Part shown: one piece after another, positions 11,089-21,800 of the stretch
Numbering within the stretch: position 1 is the stretch's first letter
Layout of the letters: every line of letters starts with the position of its first letter
Source of the DNA: Blepharisma stoltei ATCC 30299
Lineage: Eukaryota > Protista > Ciliophora
DNA length: 64,000 nt
NCBI GenBank assembly: GCA_965603825.1
Contig: CBFDEM010000003.1
Location: 496,001 to 560,000 of the forward strand
Direction of reading: 5' to 3'
Made by a program: the position numbers and the translations under genes
The notes under the pieces: model-generated
What the model was told of the DNA's origin: nothing
The model's database searches: none
Seen by the model: only the letters and a program-made list of their open reading frames with translations

Positions 11089-11786
11089 TAAATATTATAA
11101 TAGTTCTCTATAGAAAATTATGGCAAATTGTTGGTTTTGGTGTGGTGATAATTATTTCGTATAAAATTATTTAAAATTAATCTTAAATATTTGTGCCTAG
11201 TGTTCTGGCTTTAAAATAACTTAGAGAGATATCATTCTTTAATAATTATGCTGCTGATTTTCTTGGGCTAGAATTTATTAAAAGTTGGACTATCCTGGCT
11301 ATTTCGAGCTATACCGTATAATTTTTCTGGTGGCTTGCTACTATGTAGAGTGAAACAGGCATTATAAAATGATTTTTATTAATTATAACTGTTTTGGTAA
11401 ATGATTAATGAATTTTTGAGTAGGACAGTCCAATATATGGAAAATCATTATTTTTTGTCATGAGACTTAATAAATTTTAAAGCCAAATATCTTCTCTCCA
11501 TTTACTAGGTGAAATTTATAAGACAATTATTTAAAAATTTCATATTGTATAAAGCACTGATATTTTAAATAGTCATAATTGAAAACAAGATTATTCGAAT
11601 TTGCATTAATATCAGAATTTTAACATAAATTTATTAAAGACTTATGGTTTAAAATTTATTGCATAGTAAAATTAATAGTTCTCCTTTGGAATATTTATTG
11701 ATTGATAAAAAATTGATAAATTTACAAAAAAATATAAAATATCAGATAATCAAGCATTTATATGAAAACCGTAATTTCAATTAAAA

Positions 11787-13517
11787 ATGGGAGCGTGTAT
11801 ATCAAAGGAAGATGTAGCAGCCCAGAAAAAGAGACAGCAGAAAGGAGATTTAAAAGTTCCTGAGTTTTTTTATCTTAACAGACTTAACAAAAAAATACTC
11901 CAACTGCACCCAGATGCAAAAATCAATAAAATCCAGATTCCAAACCCTTTTGATCTTCATACTGAATCAGCAATTGGCTATTTATCAAAAACAAGGATTA
12001 TGCTTGCAGGTGGCACTGATTCTACTTCCTGTCTTACCAATGATGCTTTCATTATTGATATTGACGGGATGAGACTCTATAATATATGCGGTTTACCAAT
12101 TCCAGCCAAAGAAGGAACATTGATTGAGCATAATGGCTTTGTTTACTATACCGGTGGGCTTATAGAAGCTGAAGACGAAGCTTATTATCTCAATGAAGAG
12201 CCAGCGCCTCTAATGAGGTACAGTATTAAAAATAATTCCTGGGAATATTTAGAAATCTCAGAAAAAAACGGTGAAGTCACTTTGTTTATCCCAAAAAAAG
12301 TGATGGAAAAAGAAGACGAGGGAAAAATAAGTCCAAAATATGACAAAAATTTTCCATTAAGCGATATTATATTGCCTGGAGTATTTTTATATGGTAAAAA
12401 GATTTTCTTTATTGGTGGTCATAGTGTCAATATTCATGGCAAGATCAAGATGAATAAAAATGTTTACAGTTTAAATTTGGATTCTCTTGAGTTTGTAAAG
12501 GAAAATTTTAAGTTAGCTATTAAGGCAGCCAAGCCAGCTTGTGGGATTGATGGTGATAAAGTTATTATTGCCGGTGGGCATGATCCAAATACTGGAAAAT
12601 CAAATTCTCAAGTCTATGTTGTAAATATAGCAGAAGCAGATATTGGGTCAAAAAATTTAGAACCACTAAGCTTTGAATTATCAGAGGGTTACCCAGCAAT
12701 TATTTCCACAAGTAGTCCAATATTTATTTCCTTTCCTAAATTTGCATTTTGGAATGTCAAAAAAGAATGCTGGGAAAGTTATGATATTGGAATAACAAAA
12801 AAAGACCCAAAAATGAGTAAAAAGGCTAAGAGAAAATCCTTAAAAATTTCCTCTTTAGACACCGAAGATTCTGAACCAAAAAGCCAAAAATCAACAAATT
12901 CTTTTGAGGCCAACAAAAGTGAAAAGGAAGAGGAAAGTGAGAATTCCAGCGAAATAAAAGATAAAGATAGTATAGATAGTGCTGCACAGGAAGAAAAACC
13001 CGTTAAAATTAAATCCCCAAAAATTGAAGCTCCAGAAATTGAAGAAGAATCACACAGCTTCAGTAACGATAAAAGCCAAAGCATAAAAGCTCCTCCTCAA
13101 GCTCCTATTAGATTACCTCCTGGAAAGGTAGATATAGTAGCTAGGCAATTAATGGCTGATTTAAAGCTTGGAAGCAAAATCTTGCCAATATTGAATAAAC
13201 ATAGTGAAAAAAAATATAAAGAAAATATCATAAATCTAAATCCTAAACTTAGAAGACCAAAAATCCATTTAGAAGAATATTCAGACATAAGCTCGAGTGA
13301 GGAAGAACAAGAACCCAAAATTAGGAAAAAAATAAGTTCTTCAGTGTTGCTTAAAGAAAAACAAGAAAACTCTAGTAGCAGTTTAACTGACGATAAATCT
13401 GAATTGATTATTGATCCTAATGGAGATATTTCACCAATACAGGTAAAAAAAATCATAAGCCAAAATGGAAAAGCTAACACGGAGTTTAAATTGAGCTTGA
13501 AGAGTGCTTGGAGTTAA
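11787..13517 (+). CDS. Kelch-like protein with MGAC acylation motif, short paralog of the 1..7551 gene, 576 aa
   Basis: MGACISKED...PEFFYLNR...RIMLAGGTD...YYTGG...FFIGG...IIAGG, then a low-complexity S/E/K tail containing a single RLPPGKVDI motif. Confidence 0.9.
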   Translation: MGACISKEDVAAQKKRQQKGDLKVPEFFYLNRLNKKILQLHPDAKINKIQIPNPFDLHTESAIGYLSKTRIMLAGGTDSTSCLTNDAFIIDIDGMRLYNICGLPIPAKEGTLIEHNGFVYYTGGLIEAEDEAYYLNEEPAPLMRYSIKNNSWEYLEISEKNGEVTLFIPKKVMEKEDEGKISPKYDKNFPLSDIILPGVFLYGKKIFFIGGHSVNIHGKIKMNKNVYSLNLDSLEFVKENFKLAIKAAKPACGIDGDKVIIAGGHDPNTGKSNSQVYVVNIAEADIGSKNLEPLSFELSEGYPAIISTSSPIFISFPKFAFWNVKKECWESYDIGITKKDPKMSKKAKRKSLKISSLDTEDSEPKSQKSTNSFEANKSEKEEESENSSEIKDKDSIDSAAQEEKPVKIKSPKIEAPEIEEESHSFSNDKSQSIKAPPQAPIRLPPGKVDIVARQLMADLKLGSKILPILNKHSEKKYKENIINLNPKLRRPKIHLEEYSDISSSEEEQEPKIRKKISSSVLLKEKQENSSSSLTDDKSELIIDPNGDISPIQVKKIISQNGKANTEFKLSLKSAWS

Positions 13518-14422
13518 GATACAGAGTATAACTCATTGACTAAAAGAACGAAATTTCTATTTAATAATTATAAAATCAATCAATCAAGCATTGCATCATT
13601 TTATTTTATACTTAAAATCAGTAATTACTTTATTCCAACCTTCATAATAATTAATGTCTTTAATCTCTTGCTTATTTAATTTTATAAGTGGACTTAATTA
13701 GTGATAATATAAAGTATATTTATATTTTGGGGTTGGCCAGCAATTAAATTTACTAATATCAAATATATTTAATACCGAATAATGCATTTGAAACAATTTA
13801 TCGAGCTAGACATTAAAGTTAATATTTATTTTGGCTCTTATTCTTATTTTTTAGATTTTTATAATTGTCTAAATAGTTAACTACTTTATAAATTAAAAAT
13901 ATTAAATATAAATGCAAAGAAATTCTGTAAAAACCTTACAAAAGGAAAGTTTGGCTAGATTAACACCTATAAATAAATCTTAAAGGCTGCATTACTTAGA
14001 TAACAATTAAGCTTAGCTTATTAAAAAATATACTTGTAATAAACTAACTAAAAATTCCAGAAAATCGTTTGGGATTTGGAAAGCACCAATGACTTTTAAT
14101 AAAAATCATTTTTATTAATTTCCGTACCCCTTAAAGGAATTATCATATTCCCTAAGTCTATTATATTTTCTATCAAACTTTACCATTCCTATAAAGACTT
14201 CTTCTTTATATTTTATCATGCCTAACTGCGATTATATCAATAATTAATTTTCTAATTAAAACAATTTTTTACTATCTTAATTAACTCATCCTCTAAAATA
14301 GGAATCCCTATCTATCCACTTCCTTCTAATCTTTTTATTTTGTGCCTCAAACCCATCAAAAATTTTCTAAAAAATATATCAAGGCCATTAGTCTATTGGA
14401 AAACGCATAGTAATATTTTAAA

Positions 14423-17400
14423 ATGTCAAGGAAACTTTGGATTGCCTTGTGGATTTTGATACTTTTCGAAGGAACTTTAGCTATCAAAAGCGATATTAAT
14501 CAGCAAAAATTAGATAACAACCAAATCTTCGTTCAATTATCTCAAGAAGAAACTGCTGGAGAAAGCACTGGAGAGACCACGACTGCTGAGTCTGAAGAAT
14601 ATGCTTCAACTGAGGAGCAAACTGCTGAGGAGTCATCAGTTGATACGAGTACAGAAGAAGAAAGTGAGGATTCTAGTACTTTTACAGAAACAACCTCAGA
14701 AGAGACCTCAACTGAAGAAAGCGCTGCTGAATCTCAAGAAGAGACTGCCGCTGAAGAGAGCTCTGAAACTCAAGAAGAGGCTGCAAGTGAAGAAGAAGCA
14801 GCTCAAAGCTCTGAAACCCAAGAAGAGGCTGCAAGTGAAGAAGAAGCAGCTCAAAGCTCTGAAGCCCAAGAAGAGGCTGCAAGTGAAGAAGAAGCAGCTC
14901 AAAGCTCTGAAACTCAAGAAGAGGCAGCAAGCGAAGAAGAAGCAGCTCAAAGCTCTGAAACTCAAGAAGAGGCCGCAAGTGAAGAAGAAGCAGCTCAAAG
15001 CTCTGAAACCCAAGAAGAGGCTGTAAGCGAAGAAGAAGCAGCTCAAAGCTCTGAAACCCAAGAAGAGGCTGCAAGTGAAGAAGAAGCAGCTCAAAGCTCT
15101 GAAACTCAAGAAGAGGCTGCAACTGAAGAAGAAGCAGCTCAAAGCTCTGAAACTCAAGAAGAGGCTGCAACTGAAGAAGAAGCAGCTCAAAGCTCTGAAA
15201 CTCAAGAAGAGGCCACTGAAGAAGCTGAAGAAGACGTTGATGAAGATGAAGATGAAGATGAGGATGAAGATGAAGAAGAGGATGAAGATGAAGATGAAGA
15301 TGAAGTAGATGTTGATGAAACCTCTGAAGAATATGAAGAAACTGCCGAAGAATATGAAGAAGCTGCCGAAGAAGCTGCTGAAGAAGCTGCTGAAGAGGAC
15401 GTTGATGAGGATGAGGATGAGGATGAAGATGAGGACGAAGATGAAGTTGAAGTTGAAGGGTCCTTGACTCAAACAGAAATATCAGACGAGGATGAAGATG
15501 AAGAAGCAGAACCAACAGCAACTTATATCCCAACCGCAGAAACAGAAGAAGAATCTGAAGCTGCTGAAGAGGAAGAAGATAGCGCACAATACGACGAAGA
15601 CGTTGCTGAAAGCATGGAAGACACCCAAGACGAAATCGAAGATGAAAATGAAGAAGACGCCGATGAAAAAATGAACGATGTTGACGAATTAGATGAAGCA
15701 ATTGACGAGCTTGAAGATGTCAGCGGTGAAAACTCTGAAAATGGCTATGTTATGCTTGATGAAGACACCTTAGAAGATGTAAACGAAGCCTACCAAGAAA
15801 TCCTCTGGAACCTCGACGAAAACTCCACAGTCGAAATTAACGGCGAAATCTATACTTATGACGACATCCAAGCTGCAACTGAAAACACTGACAAACTGAT
15901 TGAAGACTTCGACGAAAACGACGCAGAATACGTCACTTTCTCAGAGACGGGGCCACTTTATTTAGATGAAGACGAAGCAGAAACAGTCGAAGAGATTAAT
16001 GAAGCCAACGATGTCTTAGTCTCCACTGAAACAACAGTAACCCTTACCCTCGACGATGTTGAAGAGTTAATTGACTATTATACTGAAGCTGTCGCAGGCT
16101 TAGAAGAAGGCGAAACTATGGACACTATTGTAGGAGAAGACCAGACTGCTGAAGAAGTCAATGAACTTATTGTCAGTTTAGAAGACATCAGTGAAGATAT
16201 GGATGACGGAGACCTTGTCACCATTGACACAACCACCATGACTTATACCATTTATGATGGCGATAACATTGAAGAAGGTGAAGAAGACAGAGAAGAACTC
16301 ACTGACGAAGTCGCTGACTTGCAAGAATACTATGATGAAACCCAAGAAGAAATCGCTGAAGGACAAATCGAAAAGACTGAAGACGACCTTGAAGATTTAA
16401 TTGACGATTTAGAAGATGTCGACGAACTGTTAGAAGAAGGCGACACTGTCCTAGTGGGAGAAAAGACATATACACAAGAAGATATCCAAGGGCTTATTCA
16501 AGACGCAGAAGCCTTAATTGATAATCTTGACGAAGAAGACGCAGAGTCAGTTACTTATAATGTGGAAACCCAAACAGTTTCATATATAAGTGAAGACCAG
16601 TATGAGATGGTAGAAGATATTGAAGATGAAGGATACTTGGTAAATCAAGAAGTCATTGATACGGATGAGGATGAAGTCACTGATGTTGATGAAGTCGACA
16701 CAGACGAGGTTGATGTAGATGAAGTCGATGAAGCTGATGTCGATGAAGTTGACGAAGATGAAGCTGACGTCGATGAAGTTGACGAAGATGAAGCTGATGT
16801 CGATGAAGTCGACGAAGATGAAGCTGATGTCGATGAAGTTGACGAAGATGAAGTTGATGTCGATGAAGTCGACGAAGATGAAGCTGATGTCGATGAAGTT
16901 GACGAAGATGAGGTTCAAGCAGAGTCCACAACTACCAATATTCTAGTCCCAACAGAAACTGGAGAAACAGAAGATCTTGATGAAGATGAAGAAGAAGACC
17001 TAGAAGAACTAGAAGATGCCGTTGACGAACTTGAAGATATCGAAAATGATGCATATGACGAATATGGCGAAGATGTACAAATCATTGACGAAGATACCCT
17101 TGAAGACGTAGCTGACGCCTATGAAGTTATCGTTGAAAACATGGACCCTGAATCGACTATTGAAATAAGTGGAGTAACTTACACTTATGAAGAAATCGAA
17201 CAAGACTATGCTGAAATTGAACAAACTCTTGAAGAAATTGATGAAAATGATGCTGATGCTATCTTAATTACTGATGATGACGAAATTGTACTAGCTGACG
17301 ATGATACTCTTGATGAAGCTGAAGAAATCCAAGAGGCAAATGAAGTCCAAGCTTCTGATGAAACCTACGTTCTTTTAGACTATGAAGACGTCGAAGAGCT

Positions 17401-18541
17401 ATTAGACTGGCTTGAAGACGTAGAATTAGAAGAAGGAGAAACAGTTAGCACAGTCCTTGGTGCCAACCTCACAGCTAGTGATGTAGACGAGCTTCTTGTC
17501 AGCTTAGAAAACATGCTTGATGATATTGAAGAAGACGGTGACGACCTCGTCAAAGTCAACTTGTCAACAGGCACTTATGAAATCGCTGAAGGCGACTTTG
17601 TAGAAGATGAAGCAGATAGAATTGAAGACCTCGATGAAGAAGTCGAAGACTTAGAAGACGTTTATAATGAACATCTTGAAGATGGAACTACCAGCTCTCT
17701 TACTGATGAAGAAGCTGAAGACTTACAAGAAGACTTAGAAGATGTATTAGACTTAATGAGTGAAACAGATACCATCACAGTCGGAGAATTGACCTTAGAC
17801 TCTGAAGGTGTTGAAGCTCTCGTTGATGACGTTGATGAATTAGTCAAAACTTATGATGAAAACGACGCAGTCGAAGCCAGCTACTCAGAAAGCGCAACCT
17901 CTATTGTCTACGCTGACGAAGATGAAGCTGACCTTAAAGATGAAACTGAAGATCTTGAAGAAATCTACAATGAATTCGCTGCCCAAGCTGAAACTGGCTA
18001 TATTACTACCACTATTGAGGATTCTGAAGACAAAATTGACGAAATTGAAGACGTTCTTGACGTCCTCCCAGAAGACGGCACCATAACCCTCGGCACCACT
18101 ACATTTACAGCAGCCGATTTAGACGAAAAAATAGAAGCCAATGAAGACTTTATTGATGAACTTGAAGATGAAGATGCAGAAGGCGCCACCGTAATCTTGG
18201 CAACTGGAGAAAAGGTTTATCATGAAGAAGACGAGCTTGACTTACAAGCTGATTATAATGATATTATAGACGATCTAATTTCAAATGAAGATGGCACATT
18301 TACAATGACTGAAGACACAGTGGACGATTTCATTGAGTTCTTAGAAGACGTCATTGACTATTTGGATGATAACGATTTAGAGTATATCACTATTAATGGA
18401 TATGATGTCACAACTGAAGGAGCTGAAGCTTATCTTGCTCTTTTAGAGGACTGGGCAGATGAAATAGATGATAGTGATAGCAATGCTGTTACAGTGATCC
18501 CAAGCTCAAATACCTTTATGTATGTTGAAGTTGAAGAATAA
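14423..18541 (+). CDS. Secreted hyper-acidic repeat protein, 1372 aa
   Basis: Signal-peptide-like N-terminus (MSRKLWIALWILILFEGTLA). Strongly D/E-rich with very few K/R and no Cys in the translation. Uninterrupted ORF with internal repeats. Confidence 0.9.
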   Translation: MSRKLWIALWILILFEGTLAIKSDINQQKLDNNQIFVQLSQEETAGESTGETTTAESEEYASTEEQTAEESSVDTSTEEESEDSSTFTETTSEETSTEESAAESQEETAAEESSETQEEAASEEEAAQSSETQEEAASEEEAAQSSEAQEEAASEEEAAQSSETQEEAASEEEAAQSSETQEEAASEEEAAQSSETQEEAVSEEEAAQSSETQEEAASEEEAAQSSETQEEAATEEEAAQSSETQEEAATEEEAAQSSETQEEATEEAEEDVDEDEDEDEDEDEEEDEDEDEDEVDVDETSEEYEETAEEYEEAAEEAAEEAAEEDVDEDEDEDEDEDEDEVEVEGSLTQTEISDEDEDEEAEPTATYIPTAETEEESEAAEEEEDSAQYDEDVAESMEDTQDEIEDENEEDADEKMNDVDELDEAIDELEDVSGENSENGYVMLDEDTLEDVNEAYQEILWNLDENSTVEINGEIYTYDDIQAATENTDKLIEDFDENDAEYVTFSETGPLYLDEDEAETVEEINEANDVLVSTETTVTLTLDDVEELIDYYTEAVAGLEEGETMDTIVGEDQTAEEVNELIVSLEDISEDMDDGDLVTIDTTTMTYTIYDGDNIEEGEEDREELTDEVADLQEYYDETQEEIAEGQIEKTEDDLEDLIDDLEDVDELLEEGDTVLVGEKTYTQEDIQGLIQDAEALIDNLDEEDAESVTYNVETQTVSYISEDQYEMVEDIEDEGYLVNQEVIDTDEDEVTDVDEVDTDEVDVDEVDEADVDEVDEDEADVDEVDEDEADVDEVDEDEADVDEVDEDEVDVDEVDEDEADVDEVDEDEVQAESTTTNILVPTETGETEDLDEDEEEDLEELEDAVDELEDIENDAYDEYGEDVQIIDEDTLEDVADAYEVIVENMDPESTIEISGVTYTYEEIEQDYAEIEQTLEEIDENDADAILITDDDEIVLADDDTLDEAEEIQEANEVQASDETYVLLDYEDVEELLDWLEDVELEEGETVSTVLGANLTASDVDELLVSLENMLDDIEEDGDDLVKVNLSTGTYEIAEGDFVEDEADRIEDLDEEVEDLEDVYNEHLEDGTTSSLTDEEAEDLQEDLEDVLDLMSETDTITVGELTLDSEGVEALVDDVDELVKTYDENDAVEASYSESATSIVYADEDEADLKDETEDLEEIYNEFAAQAETGYITTTIEDSEDKIDEIEDVLDVLPEDGTITLGTTTFTAADLDEKIEANEDFIDELEDEDAEGATVILATGEKVYHEEDELDLQADYNDIIDDLISNEDGTFTMTEDTVDDFIEFLEDVIDYLDDNDLEYITINGYDVTTEGAEAYLALLEDWADEIDDSDSNAVTVIPSSNTFMYVEVEE
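14758..15212 (+). repeat. 48-bp (16-aa, EEEAAQSSETQEEAAS) coding tandem repeat, 9 copies plus a partial
   Basis: gctcaaagctctgaa recurs every 48 bp from 14801 to 15185. Confidence 0.95.
16736..16912 (+). repeat. 30-bp (10-aa, DVDEVDEDEA) coding tandem repeat, about 6 copies
   Basis: gatgtcgatgaagt(t/c)gacgaagatgaag recurs with a 30-bp period. Confidence 0.95.
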
Positions 18542-18883
18542 AGAAGATTCATAAATTAATTAGTTATAATTCTGTTTTTGAAAATATTAGTGTTATAGCC
18601 AGTGTTGAATTAGAATTGTTTAGGATAATTTAGGGTATTTTTTTGTAAGGATTTATGATATTTTTATTTGAGAAAGATATAGCTTGGTGATGCATAAAAT
18701 AAGGATTATCTATAAATTTGATTAGATTTATTATTGCCTCTAAAATTAAAATAGATTTTTAATATAAGAAATTTAATCAATAGTAAATTAAAATGCCATA
18801 ATTTTTAAAGTCATATAAAATCTTGTAATGGCCTTTAAATTGATTTGTTTACATATTTGCTATGCACAAACACCAATAAAAAT

Positions 18884-21800
18884 ATGTCTGACGAAGACGA
18901 ACGAATTGCCTTAGAAAATTACCTTATTCTTAATGATAAAGATTTAGCTCTTGAATCGTTTCCACCTACAAGCCCTTTTGGAAAGTATCTAAAAGCAAAC
19001 AAGCTGCTGAAATCAGGCCAATTTAAATCACCTAAATTTAAAGCAGAGTTAAAAGAACTTAAAAAGCTTAAGCCAAGCTTCCATAGCACTTTAGAATTAA
19101 GGCAGCTTATAAAGAGCCTTGAACATTCTACGAATTCTACTGAAAAATCAAAAATCATAAAGAAACTTAACGATAAATATTTTCATTATAAATTTGACTA
19201 TGAAATTCCAGATCTAGCTGAAAAACCCCAGAATTCTGAGTATAGTTCACATTTGAACGAAAAACTATTTGAAAATGATTTATCAAAGGCTCACCGCGAG
19301 CTGAAAATTTATTCTATACTCGATAGTGACGGCAAACAATGTCTAAACGCAAATCAGATGACAATAGCAGTTTTTCAAATTTTTGCAAGAGAAATGCCTT
19401 ATCTTCATGATATTCCTGGAGTCCCAGAAAAATTCGCAGAAGTCCTTGATAACGGAGAAAATTATTCAATAGATTGGTTTAAAAAAATGAGTGTTAGTCA
19501 GCTAAATAAACTTATGGAATTGCATAAAGAGATAGCTAAAAATGTTGAATTTGTTTTATGCTATTTTGAGAAGAAATATTTGTATAAGATAGATAAAAGT
19601 GATGCTTGAAATAAATTAGAAATTTATAAAAAAGTGTGATTTGAGATTCAAGATTATTCTGAAAACATAAATCAAATAAAAAGCATTGTTTTGATTAGCA
19701 TTTTGAAATTAAACTTGAGATTTGGTGTTTATGATGAAGATTTATTTATTAAATATTTAAATAATCATAGACCAACCCCCTTAATATACAAGAATAACCC
19801 AAAATGAGATCATAATGGTCGTTTTTATTATCATATGAAAAGTCTTCCCGATGAAGAAAAGCTTATAGAGCAATATTTAGAAGAAATATTTAAAAATAGG
19901 GTGGATTTCAAAGAATATGAAGAATTTTTCACAAATGATTTTATTAGAGCACAGTTTGCTAGAGCAAAAATTTTGTCTGGGGAATCTTTATTAAATTATA
20001 GCAAAAATTTACCACAAGCCGAAATAAATAAAATTGCAGAATTGATTGAACTGGAGCCATGCAGAGAAAATCCAAAATTATTTGAGAGAAATCAATTGAT
20101 AAAATTCTCATTAATTACCAAAAATATAACAAAACTTTTAGTCAAAATTCTAGAAATAAATACAAAGTCCTATTATTTAGAAAAAAATATGGAAATTGAT
20201 CAATCTATAGAGCTAGATGGCTTATTAGCAAAGCATGAAATTATTTATGAGTTTAATGATTCACCATTAATTCGTGTTAAAAGGACGTTTGAGTTCCCAG
20301 AAATCACGGATTTATGTGGAATCTTTGTTATTGAATTTATTGGAAACGGCAGATGCTGCAGGACGATCATTAAAAAAGGATTTTTGAAATATGTTTCAAA
20401 AATCACCGATGCAGGACATTTATTTATGATTTTGGACGAAAATAACCAAATATGCAAAAATCCTGGGTCAGGTGTGACTGTTGATGGAAGGTTTTATTCT
20501 ACAGAAAATGAAAAAGGTCAAGCTTTCGTGCCTTTTGCAAACCAAATGTCTGAAAAAAATATAATAATAAGTGATGGGACAATTTGTGAATTAATTCAAA
20601 GATTTGAACATTTAAGTGAAAACTATAAACTAAAGGCAGCCTTTTTTGTAAATCAAGAACAATTTATAAGCAAGAAGAAGATCACAATTTCTATAAAGCC
20701 AAGACTCTACATAAATGATGTAAAAGCTTTAAATTCTTTATTGACAAATTGCAAAGCGACAATATCTACTGTGGATCTTGATAATTGCACATCTTCATCT
20801 GTATATGAAAATCTTTCAATTCCCAAAAAAAACTCCCTAATAAATCTTGACTTCATAGTCCCCTCAAATTTGCAAAAAATTTTTATCAGCTTTTCAGGAG
20901 AAATCGAAAGCATCATCAACAAAAATAAAGTTTCTCTCGAAGAAAAATTTGAAATGAATATAAAGGAAAAATCGGAATCTGAATATATTTATGGTGCTTA
21001 TTTGAGATATGGAATGAAAGGCTATCAAATAGAATTAAGGGGGAGAAATGGAGAATTTTTGCCTTGGCAAAAAATTGAACTGACTTTAAGACATAGGTAT
21101 TGAACAGATACTAAAACAGAAATTTTAATATCAGATGAAACAGGAAATGCTTATCTAGGCGATCTAAAAAATATTTATGCCATTAAAGCGTCAATAAATA
21201 TCAACCAAGACTGCCAAAACTTTCTATGAAAGATAAATGACTTCACTTGCAAGATAAATTATCCCTGCAAAATTAATCTCTGCCAAGGAGACGAATTTGG
21301 AGTGCCTTTTGATATTAATGGAATAAGAGATGTGCACCTTGTATGAGTCAGCCTCACAGAAATGAATAATGGAACCGTTATTGATGATTTAACAAATTAT
21401 ATAGAAATTGATTATGGAAAATCAATGATATGATTACGAGGCTTACCAATAGGAAGATTTCGTTTGAAAATTAATCAAAATTATATTGATATTGAAGTTC
21501 ATGACGGAATTCATTTGTTGGATAATCAATTTATTCTAACTGACCACTATGCTGTAAAAACTCCAAAGCAATATAGAACTCTAAGTATTGGCGCTTATGA
21601 AATCAAGGATAATCAGTTAAAAGTAAATTTATTAGGAGACTCACAAAACTCAAACACTTATGCATTTTTTTCAAATTATATTTTTAATGAGAATGCTGAC
21701 GTCTTTGATAACCTCAGTGCTTTGCTAGGTGAAATTGGCAAGACATACAATTTTTCAAAAAAAAAGTCTATATATAAGAATAGCGAATTTTTAGATGAAG

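Noticed and set aside
14758-16912. 48-bp and 30-bp arrays as CRISPR or satellite DNA
   Set aside because: No unique spacers, periods are multiples of 3, they lie inside a CDS, and the context is eukaryotic.
14601-18189. Alternative-frame and antisense ORFs over the acidic protein (K/M-rich, L/H/Q-rich, F/I-rich)
   Set aside because: By-products of GAA/GAT repeats; the signal-peptide frame accounts for the region.
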